64,000 nucleotides of DNA from an uncultured Gammaproteobacteria bacterium (lineage in GTDB: Bacteria; Pseudomonadota; Gammaproteobacteria; JABCZS01), in the NCBI GenBank assembly GCA_963848305.1, contig CAWKDC010000001.1, positions 480,001 to 544,000 on the forward strand, read 5' to 3'. The notes beneath the pieces were generated by a model that was not told the origin of the DNA, made no database searches, and saw only the letters and a program-made list of their open reading frames with translations. How positions within the stretch are numbered: the stretch's first letter is position 1; every line of letters begins with the position of its first letter. Of the stretch, positions 1 to 11,800 are shown piece by piece. Position numbers and translations under genes: made by a program.

Positions 1-1366
1 CCTGAACAAACGGCTGCGCCCTTGAAGCGGCGTCCAATCTGTGTATGCGCCGACCATGCGGCCTAAATAAGGGTTTGCAATTTCGAGCACAGTTTCATAT
101 GGCAAGTCATCTGGATCTAAGATCCCCTCAAACGGATTTTTAATCGCCCACACCATCGCACCCAAAATGCCTGCGCCCACTTGCAAGCTCGTTGCAGTAT
201 TGTAAGGTGCTAATTTGCGCGCTTCATGTACCGATAATTGCGACCCATACCAATAGCCCCCGAAATCATGGCCCATGAGCAAACCACCCAATTCATCAAT
301 CCCTTCCACAATGTCTTTGCCAAGTACGCGGTGGGTTTCTTGCACTTCCATGTTTTTACCCGCCATTTCATGAATGGACAACACGGCTGCATCACAAGGA
401 TGATAAGAATAATGCACAGTAGGACGGTAAACCACTTCATCATTGTCTTTCACGGTGAAATAATCTGCAATAGAGATAGATTCTCCATGGGTGATCAGAA
501 AACCATGAAACGGTCCTTCCAGCGGTGTCCAACTACGCACACGCGTTAACACACCAGGGCGCTCCAAACAGATCGCGGCATCGCAGCCAAAGTCATGTCG
601 ATAGCCATCATGCGGAAAATGTTTTTCATGCGAGCCCCAACCCAACTCTGCCGGTTGACAACCTTCGCTCACAAATCCATCCACAGACCATGTGTTCACA
701 AATTCATTGACGCGCTTTTGAGGAGAGGCTACTTGTGTGTCACGCTCAGCGCAATGTATCACTTTGATCTTCAGCTTGTGTGCCAACGCAGCCCATGCTT
801 CGCGTGTGGTGGGCCTTTCGGCAGGCATGTCTAGATCGTTTGCAATCGTGATCATGGCCTGTTTCACCCAGTGGGAAATCAAACCAGGATTGGCGCCATG
901 TGCAGAAATGGCGGTGGGGCCGGCGGGTAAGCGTTCACGCAAGGCGAGCATTTTTTCACGGATCGCATAGTTGCTCCGCTCAGAGAGACTCAAGGAAGGA
1001 TCTGTGTAGCCACCGGGCCAAGGTTCAATGCAGGTATCGAGATACAATGCGCCTAGTTCGTTACACAACTCCATTAAGGCAATACTAGAGACTTCCACAG
1101 AAACATTCAAGAGAAAATCCCCTGGGCCCCAATAAACTCCCCAAGACGGATTCATAATTCTCTTCCGTCAACGCATTGACAACGAAATTGATGCCATACG
1201 ATAACGCTTCTTCATGACCACGGTGATCAGCCGTCACGATGGTGATTTGCTCAGGTCCCATATCAATATGTCGTAAAATCAACGGCAACACCCCTTGCCC
1301 GATGCTCCCAAACCCCACCATGATGATTTTCCCCGTGAATACAACGTGTTTCTTATCGAGCATCAT
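1..1366 (-). CDS. hss: Homospermidine synthase; frameshifted in this assembly and running off the window at its 3' end
   Basis: N-terminal Rossmann motif IIMVGFGSIGQGVLPLILRHID. A later minus-strand frame reads YRPTVHYSYHPCDAAVLSIHE...GIDELGGLLMGH...YWYGSQLSVHEARKLAPYNTATSLQV, typical of bacterial HSS. The frame breaks near 1120. Confidence 0.88.
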
Positions 1367-1514
1367 CCCACTTCACTCCTACAACAACTGAGCATGAAGT
1401 GTACATTAAATGAACAGAAACGCCAAGCTTTGTGATATTATCTGTTGCTTGAAACTCGAAAAAAGGCTAAGATGATTGGGCTGGCCGCACATCAACAATG
1501 GAGTGTTGTATTCA

Positions 1515-2216
1515 ATGTCCACTTTCTTATTAAAAGGCTCTCAATACACGCTCACTGCGTTACAGCTCCTTTCGCTCGATTATAAAACCTTCAAAGAACA
1601 ACTTGCTGAAAAAGTAAGCCAAGCACCAAAGTTTTTCAACCGTACGCCCGTCGTGATTGATCTGCAACGTGTTGCCAGCCTGCCCGTCGCCATCCAGTTC
1701 GAACAACTCTTCAGTATTATTCGTGAACATGGGTTGGTGCCCGTGGGCGTTCGAGGTGGCACACCGGAACAGCAATCACAAGTCAGTGAGATGGGTTTGG
1801 CTATTCTGCCTGAATCTAAAACCGAAAAATCCGAAGCTACACCTGCACCGGAGCCTCCGCCTGAAGCGCCCGCCAAAGAAATCACTTCACAGAACATACT
1901 CATCACGCAACCCGTCCGCTCCGGGCAACAAGTGTATGCACGCGGTGGCGATTTGGTGATCATCGCGTCTGTGAGTGCTGGTGCAGAAGTGCTCGCGGAT
2001 GGGAACATCCATATTTATGGTTCATTGCGCGGTCGCGCATTGGCCGGCGTAAATGGTGATGCCAACGCACGTATTTTTTGTCAATCACTGGAAGCCGAGT
2101 TGGTCTCAGTGGCAGGACAATATTGCGTGAGTGAAGACTTGCGAGGTCCCCACTGGGAAAAAGCGGTCAGCATCGCATTACAAGGCGAGCACTTGCAAAT
2201 ATCGCCTTTGTCATAA
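1515..2216 (+). CDS. minC: Septum site-determining protein MinC
   Basis: PVRSGQQVYA...VSAGAEVLADGNIHIYGSLRGRALAG motif; GGAG RBS before ATG 1515; first gene of minCDE. Confidence 0.96.
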   Translation: MSTFLLKGSQYTLTALQLLSLDYKTFKEQLAEKVSQAPKFFNRTPVVIDLQRVASLPVAIQFEQLFSIIREHGLVPVGVRGGTPEQQSQVSEMGLAILPESKTEKSEATPAPEPPPEAPAKEITSQNILITQPVRSGQQVYARGGDLVIIASVSAGAEVLADGNIHIYGSLRGRALAGVNGDANARIFCQSLEAELVSVAGQYCVSEDLRGPHWEKAVSIALQGEHLQISPLS

Positions 2217-2248
2217 ATACTTCAATTACTTTGTAGAAGGATCCTATC

Positions 2249-3085
2249 TTGAACAACACAACTCAACAAAAACGCCCTTGCCAAGTGGTGGTGATCACCT
2301 CCGGTAAAGGCGGTGTGGGTAAAACCACCACCAGTGCAGCCGTCAGTACCGGCCTTGCGGAACTTGGCTTTAGAACTGTTGTCATTGACTTTGACGTAGG
2401 CTTACGTAACCTGGATCTCGTCATGGGTTGTGAACGCCGTGTAGTGTACGATTTCGTGAACGTGATTCAAGGTGAAGCCACTTTAAATCAAGCGTTGATC
2501 AAAGACAAACGCAACGAAAATTTATATATCCTTCCCGCATCACAAACACGCGACAAAGACGCACTCGATAAAGATGCCGTCGGCCGCGTGATTGAAGAAT
2601 TGAAAAATTCCTTCGATTACATCGTGTGCGATTCCCCTGCCGGGATTGAAAGCGGTGCGTTGATGGCACTTTATTATGCTGATCTCGCCATTGTGGTCAC
2701 GAACCCAGAAGTCTCCTCTGTGCGCGATTCCGATCGTATTCTCGGCATTCTGGCAAGCCGCTCATTGCGCGCAGAAAAAAACCTGCAGCCAATCCGCCAA
2801 TTCATGTTGGTCACTCGCTTCTGCCGAACCCGTGCCGCCAAAGGCGACATGATGTCCGTCAAAGACATTCAAGATATTTTGGGCGTGCCCTTGCTGGGCG
2901 TGATCCCCGAATCCAAAGCAGTCCTTCGCGCATCCAACGAAGGTGTTCCTGTGATTGTGAACAAGGAATCCGATGCAGGCCAAGCTTACATGGACGCTGT
3001 TCGCCGCTTATTGGGCGAAGAGATCCCCATGCGCTTTGTCGACAAACCCACCCTTCTTGAACGTATTTTTGGGGCAACAGAATAA
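2249..3085 (+). CDS. minD: Septum site-determining ATPase MinD
   Basis: TSGKGGVGKTT deviant Walker A, DFDVGLRNLDL, C-terminal amphipathic LLERIFG. Confidence 0.98.
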   Translation: MNNTTQQKRPCQVVVITSGKGGVGKTTTSAAVSTGLAELGFRTVVIDFDVGLRNLDLVMGCERRVVYDFVNVIQGEATLNQALIKDKRNENLYILPASQTRDKDALDKDAVGRVIEELKNSFDYIVCDSPAGIESGALMALYYADLAIVVTNPEVSSVRDSDRILGILASRSLRAEKNLQPIRQFMLVTRFCRTRAAKGDMMSVKDIQDILGVPLLGVIPESKAVLRASNEGVPVIVNKESDAGQAYMDAVRRLLGEEIPMRFVDKPTLLERIFGATE

Positions 3086-3345
3086 TGATGAGCATATTTG
3101 ATTTCTTCCGTGCCAAGGCTCAAGCGCAACCTTCCACGGCCAGTATCGCCAAAGAGCGCCTTCAAATCATTGTGCAGCACCAACGCGGCAATCAAGAGAA
3201 CGTTGATTTTATGCCAAAATTGCAGCAAGAGTTGTTAGAAGTGATCAGCCGTTATGTGAACGTTGATCCCAATTTGGTGAAAGTCGCGTTAGAAAGAAGT
3301 GATGAGCGCTCGGTGTTAGAGTTAAATATAACATTACCGGGGTGA
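3085..3345 (+). CDS. minE: Cell division topological specificity factor MinE
   Basis: TASIAKERLQIIV...LELNITLP; start overlaps the minD stop. Confidence 0.97.
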   Translation: MMSIFDFFRAKAQAQPSTASIAKERLQIIVQHQRGNQENVDFMPKLQQELLEVISRYVNVDPNLVKVALERSDERSVLELNITLPG

Positions 3346-3351
3346 AAATTG

Positions 3352-3380
3352 TAAGGGCGCAGCATACTGCGCCCTTAAAA
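3352..3380. terminator. Hairpin between convergent minE and corA (REP-like or terminator)
   Basis: taagggcgcag-cata-ctgcgccctta, perfect 11-bp stem followed by an A-run. Confidence 0.65.
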
Positions 3381-3401
3381 CATCCCTGCACAATTTCATC
3401 A

Positions 3402-4394
3402 TCAAAGCCATTTCAACCATCGCAGCGTGAATAACACGCTGAGCGCAATCATGCCCATGCCGGATAGAACAAACCAAAAACTGTACAGTCCATTTTCAGC
3501 AGGCAGATGAAAATTCATCCCAAAAAGCCCAGTCAAAAAAGTGAGTGGCAGGAAAACAAATGAAATGATCGTGAGCATGCGCATGATTTCGCCAGTGCGA
3601 TAGGCTGCATCCGCCTGAATACTGGCAATGATGCTGTCGAGTAAATAGCGTGACGAATCGATGGTTTCACGAATATTCACAGATTCTCGCATCAACTGCA
3701 TAAAGGAAACACGCGCTTCATCGCTGATTTCATGTGTTTGCTTGGAAGTGAGCATCAATAAAATAATTTGCAGATTCGCATTCAACTTCTTCAAGGTTAA
3801 AATATTGTATCCTGCAGCAGCAATTTTGTTGATATTTTCAGCATGATCACCCTTAATCAAACCAAATTCCAAAGCATCTAGGAAGTTATCACCCGTCAAA
3901 TTTAACCGTGCATAATTATATAAACAATGCTGAAACAATAAAAAAACGATAAAACCAGCTGTTTTTCCGGCCAATTTAAAATTTTCATCATAACCTTCAT
4001 GAACATAATTAACCAGATCAAGCGGCTGTTGGTGATACGTGATCGTAAATCGTTTGCCAATCAGCACTAACAATGGCAAATGCCGAAACTCCTGCAGATC
4101 GCGGCTGGTATCACCTAAAGATTCCGCATTTTCAATGTCATAGAGGTAAAACGAAATTGCAGCCGGTGTGTCGTGAATATGCGGTAGAATTTCTGGGTTA
4201 TTAAAATGATCTGTCCATTTGGAATAGATGGACAACGTTTCTATGAATTGTTGCAAAGCGCCTATATTCGGATCAGTGATATCCGCCCAGAAAAACAGAT
4301 TCGGCTCATTCCATAACTGTTTGAGCCGCGCTTCGTCAATGACTTCAGTCTGTTTTGTGTTCGTATCGAAAGAGACAATGTTGAGTCCGTTCAT
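3402..4394 (-). CDS. corA: CorA-family divalent cation transporter
   Basis: C-terminal LTIISFVFLPLTFLTGLFGMNF (GMN signature) and two TM helices. Confidence 0.9.
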   Translation of the reverse strand: MNGLNIVSFDTNTKQTEVIDEARLKQLWNEPNLFFWADITDPNIGALQQFIETLSIYSKWTDHFNNPEILPHIHDTPAAISFYLYDIENAESLGDTSRDLQEFRHLPLLVLIGKRFTITYHQQPLDLVNYVHEGYDENFKLAGKTAGFIVFLLFQHCLYNYARLNLTGDNFLDALEFGLIKGDHAENINKIAAAGYNILTLKKLNANLQIILLMLTSKQTHEISDEARVSFMQLMRESVNIRETIDSSRYLLDSIIASIQADAAYRTGEIMRMLTIISFVFLPLTFLTGLFGMNFHLPAENGLYSFWFVLSGMGMIALSVLFTLRWLKWL

Positions 4395-4402
4395 ATTGTT
4401 TC

Positions 4403-6755
4403 CTATTCAAGACCGAGCCAAGTTTCAACAACAGTATCCGGGTTGAGTGACATACTGCCGATATGTTGTGCCAATAACCACTCTGCAAAATCTGGGTAAT
4501 CAGAGGGGCCTTGACCACAAATACCATTATACTTCCCGAGACGATGACAAGTTTCAATCGCTCGGGCAATCAACATTTTAACAGCAGGATTTCGCTCATC
4601 AAAACTTTTCGCTACCAAACCAGAATCCCTGTCTAAGCCGAGGGTTAATTGGGTTAAATCATTGGAGCCGATCGAAAAGCCATCAAAATATTGCAAAAAT
4701 TCTTCTGCCAATAACGCGTTAGACGGGATTTCGCACATCATGATTAATTTTAGACCATGTTCGCCCCTTTTCAATCCATGGCGCGCCAATACTTCTATCA
4801 CTGCTTTCGCTTCTTCAATGGTGCGAACGAAAGGCACCATCAATTCAACATTATCAAATCCCATGTCTTCACGGACTGATTTCATCGCTTCACATTCCAT
4901 CGCGAAACAAGCTTCAAAATCAGGATGCACATAGCGTGATGCCCCACGATAACCAATCATGGGGTTTTCTTCTGACGGCTCATATTCTGAACCCCCTATC
5001 ATATGGGCATATTCGTTGGATTTAAAATCGGATAAACGTACAATCACTGGTTTTGGATAAAATGCAGCAGCGATGGTCGCAACGCCCTCCTTCAATTTAT
5101 CCACATAAAAATCGCGTGGACTGGCATAACCTGAGATAGCATTGCTGATCGTTTCTTTTAGTTTGGGTGATAACGTATCGACATTCAACAAGGCTTTCGG
5201 GTGAATGCCAATCATGCGGTTGATCACAAATTCTAATCGAGCAAGACCCACACCGTGATTCGGCAATTTTTGAAAATCGAAAGCACGATCAGGGTTGCCG
5301 ACATTCAGCATGATTTTGACAGGGATTTTAGGCATTTTTTCCACATCAATGTCTTTGACTTCGAATTTCAAAGCACCTTGATACACATACCCAGTATCAC
5401 CTTCTGCGCACGACACCGTCACCATTTCACCTGGGCGGATCTTTTCCAGTGCATTACCACACCCAACCACAGCCGGAATCCCGAGTTCACGTGCAATGAT
5501 AGCCGCGTGACATGTACGCCCGCCTCGATTCGTGACAATGGCTGATGCGCGTTTCATCACGGGTTCCCAGTCAGGATCCGTCATGTCTGTGACCAATACA
5601 TCGCCAACTTGTACGCTGTTCATGTCTTGCAAACCTGCCACCACACGCGCAATCCCTTGGCCAATTTTTTGACCAATCGCGCGGCCTTCCGTTAAAACAG
5701 CCGATTTTTCAAGCAACTCATAACGTTGCATGGTTTGCCCTTCTTGTGAAGTCACTGTTTCGGGACGTGCTTGAAGGATATACAACTTGCCATTCACACC
5801 ATCTTTCGCCCATTCAATGTCCATAGGCCGATTGTAATGTGCTTCAATCGACATGGCAAAACGCGCCAATTGAGTTGCATCTTCGTCGGTCAAACAAAAC
5901 TGTTTTTGATCGGCTGCAGGAACGTCGACTATCTTCACGCGCTCTGCTGGGTTATCAGAGTAAACCATTTTAATCGCCTTGCCGCCAATTTTTCTGCGGA
6001 TCACCGCCTCTTTTTCTTTTTTCCAGCGCGATTTTGGAGACATAAAATTCATCGGGATTCACAGCTCCTTGCACCACCATTTCACCCAGACCATAACTGG
6101 CGGTAATGAAAATAACCTGATCAAAACCCGACTCGGTATCAACCGTGAACATCACGCCACTCGAGGCTAAATCACTGCGCACCATTTGTTGTATGCCCGC
6201 CGACAATGCCACCTGTTCGTGCGTAAAACCTTGGTGAATACGATAAGTGATGGCTCGATCGGTGAACAGTGAAGCGAACACAGTTTTAATGGCAGACATC
6301 ACCCCATCAATGCCATGAACATTCAATAACGTTTCTTGTTGTCCTGCGAATGAAGCATCCGGTAAATCTTCTGCCGTGGCAGATGAACGAACGGCAACTG
6401 TAAACCCTTCTCCGAGTTGATCGCAGAGTGTTTTATAAGCTGCTGCCACGTCTTGTTGGAAATCAGCTGGGAAAGGCGTGTCTTCAATGGCTTGACGGAT
6501 CCGCTTGCCTGCCGCTTGCAGCGCATCAATGTTGTTGATATCTGTTTTGTCCAACAATTCATAAATCATTTTGGACAAACCAGATTGTGCCAGGAACTGC
6601 CGGTATGCCTCTGCTGTGGTCGCAAAACCCGTCGGTACATCAACCCCAGCTGCACTTAAATGGCGAACCATCTCGCCTAACGAGGCATTTTTGCCACCGA
6701 CTGTCTCGATATCACTCAGTTGAATTTCATTGAACCATCGTACGTTCTGAGACAT
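4403..6755 (-). CDS. ppsA: Phosphoenolpyruvate synthase; one frameshift near 6010-6025
   Basis: [60 protein letters not shown]. The two ORFs overlap at a T-rich tract. Confidence 0.95.
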
Positions 6756-6814
6756 TTTTCCCTCGCAAGCCTTATAACAGGATATAATTGTACCAAACTT
6801 ATGGGAGATACAGG

Positions 6815-7633
6815 ATGCAACGTTACGTTTTTTTTATATCCGATGGCACGGGCATCACGGCTGAAACCCTGGGCCAAAGCCTGATCTCCCAATTTGCAGG
6901 CATTGAGTTCATACATAATACCCTGCCCTACATCGACAACCTCGACAAGGCCAAAGCGATTGTCCAGCAAATCGACGATATTGTCACGCATGAAGGCGAG
7001 AAACCGATTGTCTTCATCACGCTGATCGATAAATCCTTGCGCGAATGTATTGGCACCAGCCAAGGCGTGACGATCGACCTGTTCAGTGTGTTCATCCCCA
7101 AACTGGAAGCTGAACTTGGCATACCTGCCAGCGGCGAAAAAGGCCGCTCGCATGGCGTGCATGACAATGCCCAATATTATGCCCGAATTGAAGCCATCAA
7201 TTATACCCTTTCAACCGACGATGGATTGAACCCTAATTACTATGACAGTGCTGATGTGATACTACTCGGTGTCTCGCGCAGTGGTAAAACCCCAACCTCT
7301 CTTTATCTTGCCATGCATTTTGGGATTGCAACCTCCAACTATCCCCTCACCGATGATGATTTGTCTGATGGCGTGTTGCCCAAGGTCATGCGTCCCTATG
7401 CTAAAAAATGTTTTGGCCTAACGATTGACCCCAAACGCCTACAACAGATCCGCATGCAGCGGCGTGGAGATGGCAATTATGGCACGCTCGCACAGTGTGA
7501 ACGGGAAGTTCGGCAAGCCAAATCTATTTTTGATCACCATGATATTCCCATGTTGGACACGACCCAATTGTCCGTTGAAGAAATAGCAACGCATATCGTG
7601 GTCGCCATGAAATTGGTTCGGAAAATCGGCTGA
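6815..7633 (+). CDS. ppsR: PEP synthase regulatory protein (kinase/pyrophosphorylase)
   Basis: ISDGTGITAE, DDG, GVSRSGKTPTSLYLA; divergent from ppsA as usual. Confidence 0.95.
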   Translation: MQRYVFFISDGTGITAETLGQSLISQFAGIEFIHNTLPYIDNLDKAKAIVQQIDDIVTHEGEKPIVFITLIDKSLRECIGTSQGVTIDLFSVFIPKLEAELGIPASGEKGRSHGVHDNAQYYARIEAINYTLSTDDGLNPNYYDSADVILLGVSRSGKTPTSLYLAMHFGIATSNYPLTDDDLSDGVLPKVMRPYAKKCFGLTIDPKRLQQIRMQRRGDGNYGTLAQCEREVRQAKSIFDHHDIPMLDTTQLSVEEIATHIVVAMKLVRKIG

Positions 7634-7751
7634 AATTAATTCACGCCATCATTCATTTTTATTTGCACGGCTAAGAAACCGACATCTATACTGAGTATCA
7701 CCTGCCTCAGCGGTACCCATGAAGGCAACTATAAAAAATGGAGATGACAAC

Positions 7752-7913
7752 ATGAATGAATATGTGGATTCACTGCCTTATCTAGAAATAAATGAAAGTA
7801 GTCAACCAACCGACAACTGGGACTTAATGCACATTGTCCATGTTGTTCAACGCAACCCCTTGAAACAAGTGCAAAAATTCAGTTATATGCATACGGTTAA
7901 GATAGCTCGCTGA
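7752..7913 (+). CDS. Small hypothetical protein (53 aa)
   Basis: GGAG RBS before ATG 7752; upstream TTGCAC-N18-TATACT; no recognisable family. Confidence 0.35.
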   Translation: MNEYVDSLPYLEINESSQPTDNWDLMHIVHVVQRNPLKQVQKFSYMHTVKIAR

Positions 7914-7974
7914 TGTAGGATGAGCGTGCAGCACCACAGATAAGATTTCCTTGATAATGTAAGACGGTCTGAGA

Positions 7975-7998
7975 CTGGCCTGGGGAACCCCAGGCCAG
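7975..7998. terminator. GC-rich hairpin between convergent ORFs
   Basis: ctggcctgggg-aa-ccccaggccag. Confidence 0.5.
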
Positions 7999-8002
7999 CC
8001 AC

Positions 8003-8642
8003 TCATGCGCAATGAGGCGTCACCACCAACTGAACCCCAAATTCCTTCAACTGCTCAATCGTGTAAGGCGCGTCATGAGCAGGCTCTGCCGTATTGGCCA
8101 ATAAAGGCACAGACAACGCCCGGGTGAGTATCCGATACTCCCCCTCATTCGATATACCATCAATGTAAATCATGTCGGCTCCCGCAGCGATGTAGGCCTT
8201 GCAACGCGCCAAAGTCGCTTCCAACCCATCCGTTTTCAAGCCACTGCAACGGGCCATCAGCACAAAACTGGCGTGTTTACGGGCCAGATAAAGCTTGTCG
8301 GAACCGGGCACACATGGCTTCAACGGTGAAGCGTTTTTGGTCGATATGATCATCCATATGAAGGCCCGCTGCCCCAAGGGCTTCCAGGGCAACCAGCATC
8401 TCACAGAGATGGTGGATCCCTTTTGTGGCATCGACTAACACCGGTAATTGGGTGGATTTAACCAATTGATGGGCATCAACCACGGCATTACGCAGGGTGG
8501 GGGGGGTGAGGTGTAGAGCTTGCGAACCTGCCTGAGCTGCCTTTAAGCCAATCTCCACGTTGGGCGTGGCTGTCAGGTGCAGAAAACCAGTTTCCCGCAA
8601 AATATCACGGAGTTTTTCTCCAGGGTATCGAATGGTGTCCAT
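8003..8642 (-). CDS. Degenerate isocitrate lyase/PEP mutase family (PrpB-like) protein; frameshift near 8290
   Basis: LPVLVDA, GAAGLHMDD, FVLMAR, RCKAYIAAGADMIY and PLLAN mirror PrpB, but the protein is shorter and lacks KRCGH. Confidence 0.7.
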
Positions 8643-8684
8643 GCGCGTCCTTGTGCATTTGTTTTAAAAAACATTGAGTTGAAA

Positions 8685-8807
8685 TCAGAGACCTGGCATC
8701 GTGGCCAACCAATAGACAACGCCCGCCGTGAGGGTGAGGATAATCACCAATGCCGTGATCCCATCCACCATGTCATCTGAAAGGCCTTTCTTTGTTTCTT
8801 TCGTCAT
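8685..8807 (-). CDS. Small single-TM membrane protein (40 aa)
   Basis: MTKETKKGLSDDMVDGITALVIILTLTAGVVYWLATMPGL; CAGGAG RBS upstream. Confidence 0.6.
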   Translation of the reverse strand: MTKETKKGLSDDMVDGITALVIILTLTAGVVYWLATMPGL

Positions 8808-8863
8808 TGGAAAAATCTCCTGAATATGGTTGTGATGATAATACGCAAAACTTAAATTTGCAA

Positions 8864-11800
8864 CTAACGTTTCGAAATGAATGTGTACGCGACGGGTACA
8901 ACCAACAATGAAAACAGCGTGCCAAACAACATGCCGCCCACGATCACCCAACCCATTTGACTCCGAGACACGGCCCCTGCTCCACTGGCCAACGCCAAGG
9001 GAATAGCGCCCAGCACCATCGCGCCTGTCGTCATCAAAATAGGGCGTAACCGCATCACGGCGGCTTCACTCACTGCTTCAAATGTATCGAGGCCTTTGGC
9101 CGATAACTTATTGGCCACGTCGGTGATCAGAATACCATGTTTGGTGATCAAGCCAATCAATGTCACAAAACCTATTTGGGTATAAATATTATTCGTGCCA
9201 CCTGTGATTTTCAACATGAGCAATGCGCCAATAATGGAAAAGGGAACCGTCAACATGATGATGAGAGGATCTCTGAAACTCTCAAACTGCGCGCTCAGGA
9301 CAAGGTAAATAAAGATCAACGACAGCAGCACTGTCATCACCATTGCACCACTGGACTCCATATAATCTTTCGTGAAGCCAGCCCACGATGTTTTGGCATT
9401 GGCAGGCAGTGCACTCAGAGAGATACTATCGATCGCTTCCACCGCATCACTGAGCGAATAACCCGGCGATAAATTCGCCGTTAAGCGCGCCGCCCTCATG
9501 CGATTATAATGCGGCAAGGTATTGGCACGCACCACGGGCTCAAGCGTGATCACCGCAGACAAGGGTACCATTCGCCCGGTTTTGGCACGCAGATATATAT
9601 GGTTGATTTGATCAGGGTTGGAACGCAAATCCTCTTTCAACTGAACCATCACATCATAATTTTCGCCACTCGATTCAAAATCACTGATGTGGCGTCCGGC
9701 AAATAAAATATTCATGGCATCATTCAAATCAATGAATGAAATACCCAAATTGCTGATCAAATCCCGATTGATTTTCACTGAAATTTGTTGACTGTCCATT
9801 TTCAAATCGGTTTGCACACTGTTCAAACCAGGATATTTTGATAATGCGGTTTGAAGACTTGTCATCACCTCCGCCAATTCTTCATAGGTGCCAGACATCT
9901 GGACAACCATGTCGATCGGTGTGTTGCCGCCGCTGCCGCTGTCAATCGGAGGCAAATCGATCGCAAATATTTGAGCACCCGGGATGCGCCACAGTTTTTG
10001 CTGAACGTCTTGCGTGATCGCGCTTTGTTTGCGTGACCGTTCGTCCCAAGGCTTTAAGACCAAGAATGCAATACCTGATTCCGTTCCGCCTGTGCCCGTC
10101 ACGACCACCAAATTTTCACGCTCAGGCGTGTCAATCAAAGCGGATTGCACACTCGTCATGATTTCATCTAAATAATTGAAACTTGAATTGGTGGGTGCTG
10201 AAACAGAAACAAATACAGCCCCCATGTCTTCAGTGGGAGCGAGCTCAGAAGGTAGCGTCGCAAATAAAAAACCACCCGCTGCAGCGATACCGATGAAAAA
10301 GAAAACCACCACCTTGCGACGTTGCAGAAAGAAACTCAGCCAGTAACGATAGCGATTATCCATGCGCTGCATAAAATGTTCAAGCCACACAGTATATCGA
10401 TTTTGCTCCAACTGTTTAGGCAGAATATACGCGCACATCATGGGAGACAAAGACAAAGCCACAAAGCCTGAAACGATCACGGCACCTGCCAATGTGAATG
10501 CGAATTCTCTGAAAATGGCACCCGTAAAACCGGGGGTAAAACCAATCGGCGCATACACTGCGGCGAGCGTCAATGTCATGGCGATAATGGCAAAGCCGAT
10601 TTCCTCGCTGCCCTTTTTTGCAGCCTCAACAGGCGCCATACCAGCCTCGCGGTATCTGAAAATATTTTCTAACATCACGATCGCGTCATCGACCACCAAA
10701 CCAATCGCTAACACCATGGCGAGCAATGTCATTGTATTGATAGAATAACCCAGTACATAAATAAGGCCGAACGTGGCGATTAAACATAAGGGAATGGTGA
10801 TGATCGGAATCAACGATGAACGCATCGATCCTAAAAATGCAAACACGACCAACACAACCAATACAATTGCTTCGTAAATCGTTTTATACACACCGTCGAT
10901 CGAAGACTTGATGAAAGTGGCATTGTCGAAGCTCACTGTTACTTTCATACCTTCTGGCAGGTTTTTTTCAAATGCTTCAAGACGCGCCTTTACTCCCGCA
11001 GATACATCCACAGGATTGGCAGTACTTTGCGGCACGACCGCCAGTACCAACGATGATTTCCCATCCACTCGCACCGCTGTATTTTCATCAAGTGGTCCAA
11101 TGTTCACATCCGACACATCACTCAAGCGCACCATTTTGCCCGCATCATCACGCAACACCAATGACTTGAATTCATCCACATGAGACAATTTCGTGTCAGG
11201 GTCGATGATCACATTGCGGTAAATCCCTTTGATATCGCCACTGGGCAGAGATTGGTTTTGTTCAAGCAGCACCTCTTTAATGTCGCCGACGGTCACTTTA
11301 CGTGATGCCATGCGCAGGGGATCAGGCCAGATGCGAACCGAATATTTTCGGGCGCCAAAAATATGGATGTTACCCACCCCTTCGACCTGTTGTAATTCGG
11401 TCTTGATGTAACGATCGATATAATCCGTTAAGGCGAGCGGATCACGGTTCACATCGCTGAATGAAATATAAATCGAGGGAGATGCATTGGGATCGGCTTT
11501 CGTGAGAACCGGATCATCGGCGTCGTCAGGCAAACGTTTGCGCACACGAGACAATTGATCACGAATATCATTCATACCCTCACTGATATTATAATCCGCG
11601 ACAAACGTCACCACGACAGAACTTCTACCCTGCCGGCTTTTAGACGAAATGACGTCTAACCCTTCCACGCCAGCAATTGCGTCTTCGATAGGGATAGTGA
11701 TTTGCTTTTCGATCAATTCGGCGTTTGCGCCCGTATATGACGTGGCAATTTCAACGGTGAATTGCTCTGTCTTCGGCAATTCACGTACTGTCAGTCGATC

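Noticed and set aside
5970-6052. Programmed frameshifting or phase variation in ppsA (and at the ankyrin gene A-run)
   Set aside because: Cannot be distinguished from homopolymer sequencing errors, which occur throughout the window.
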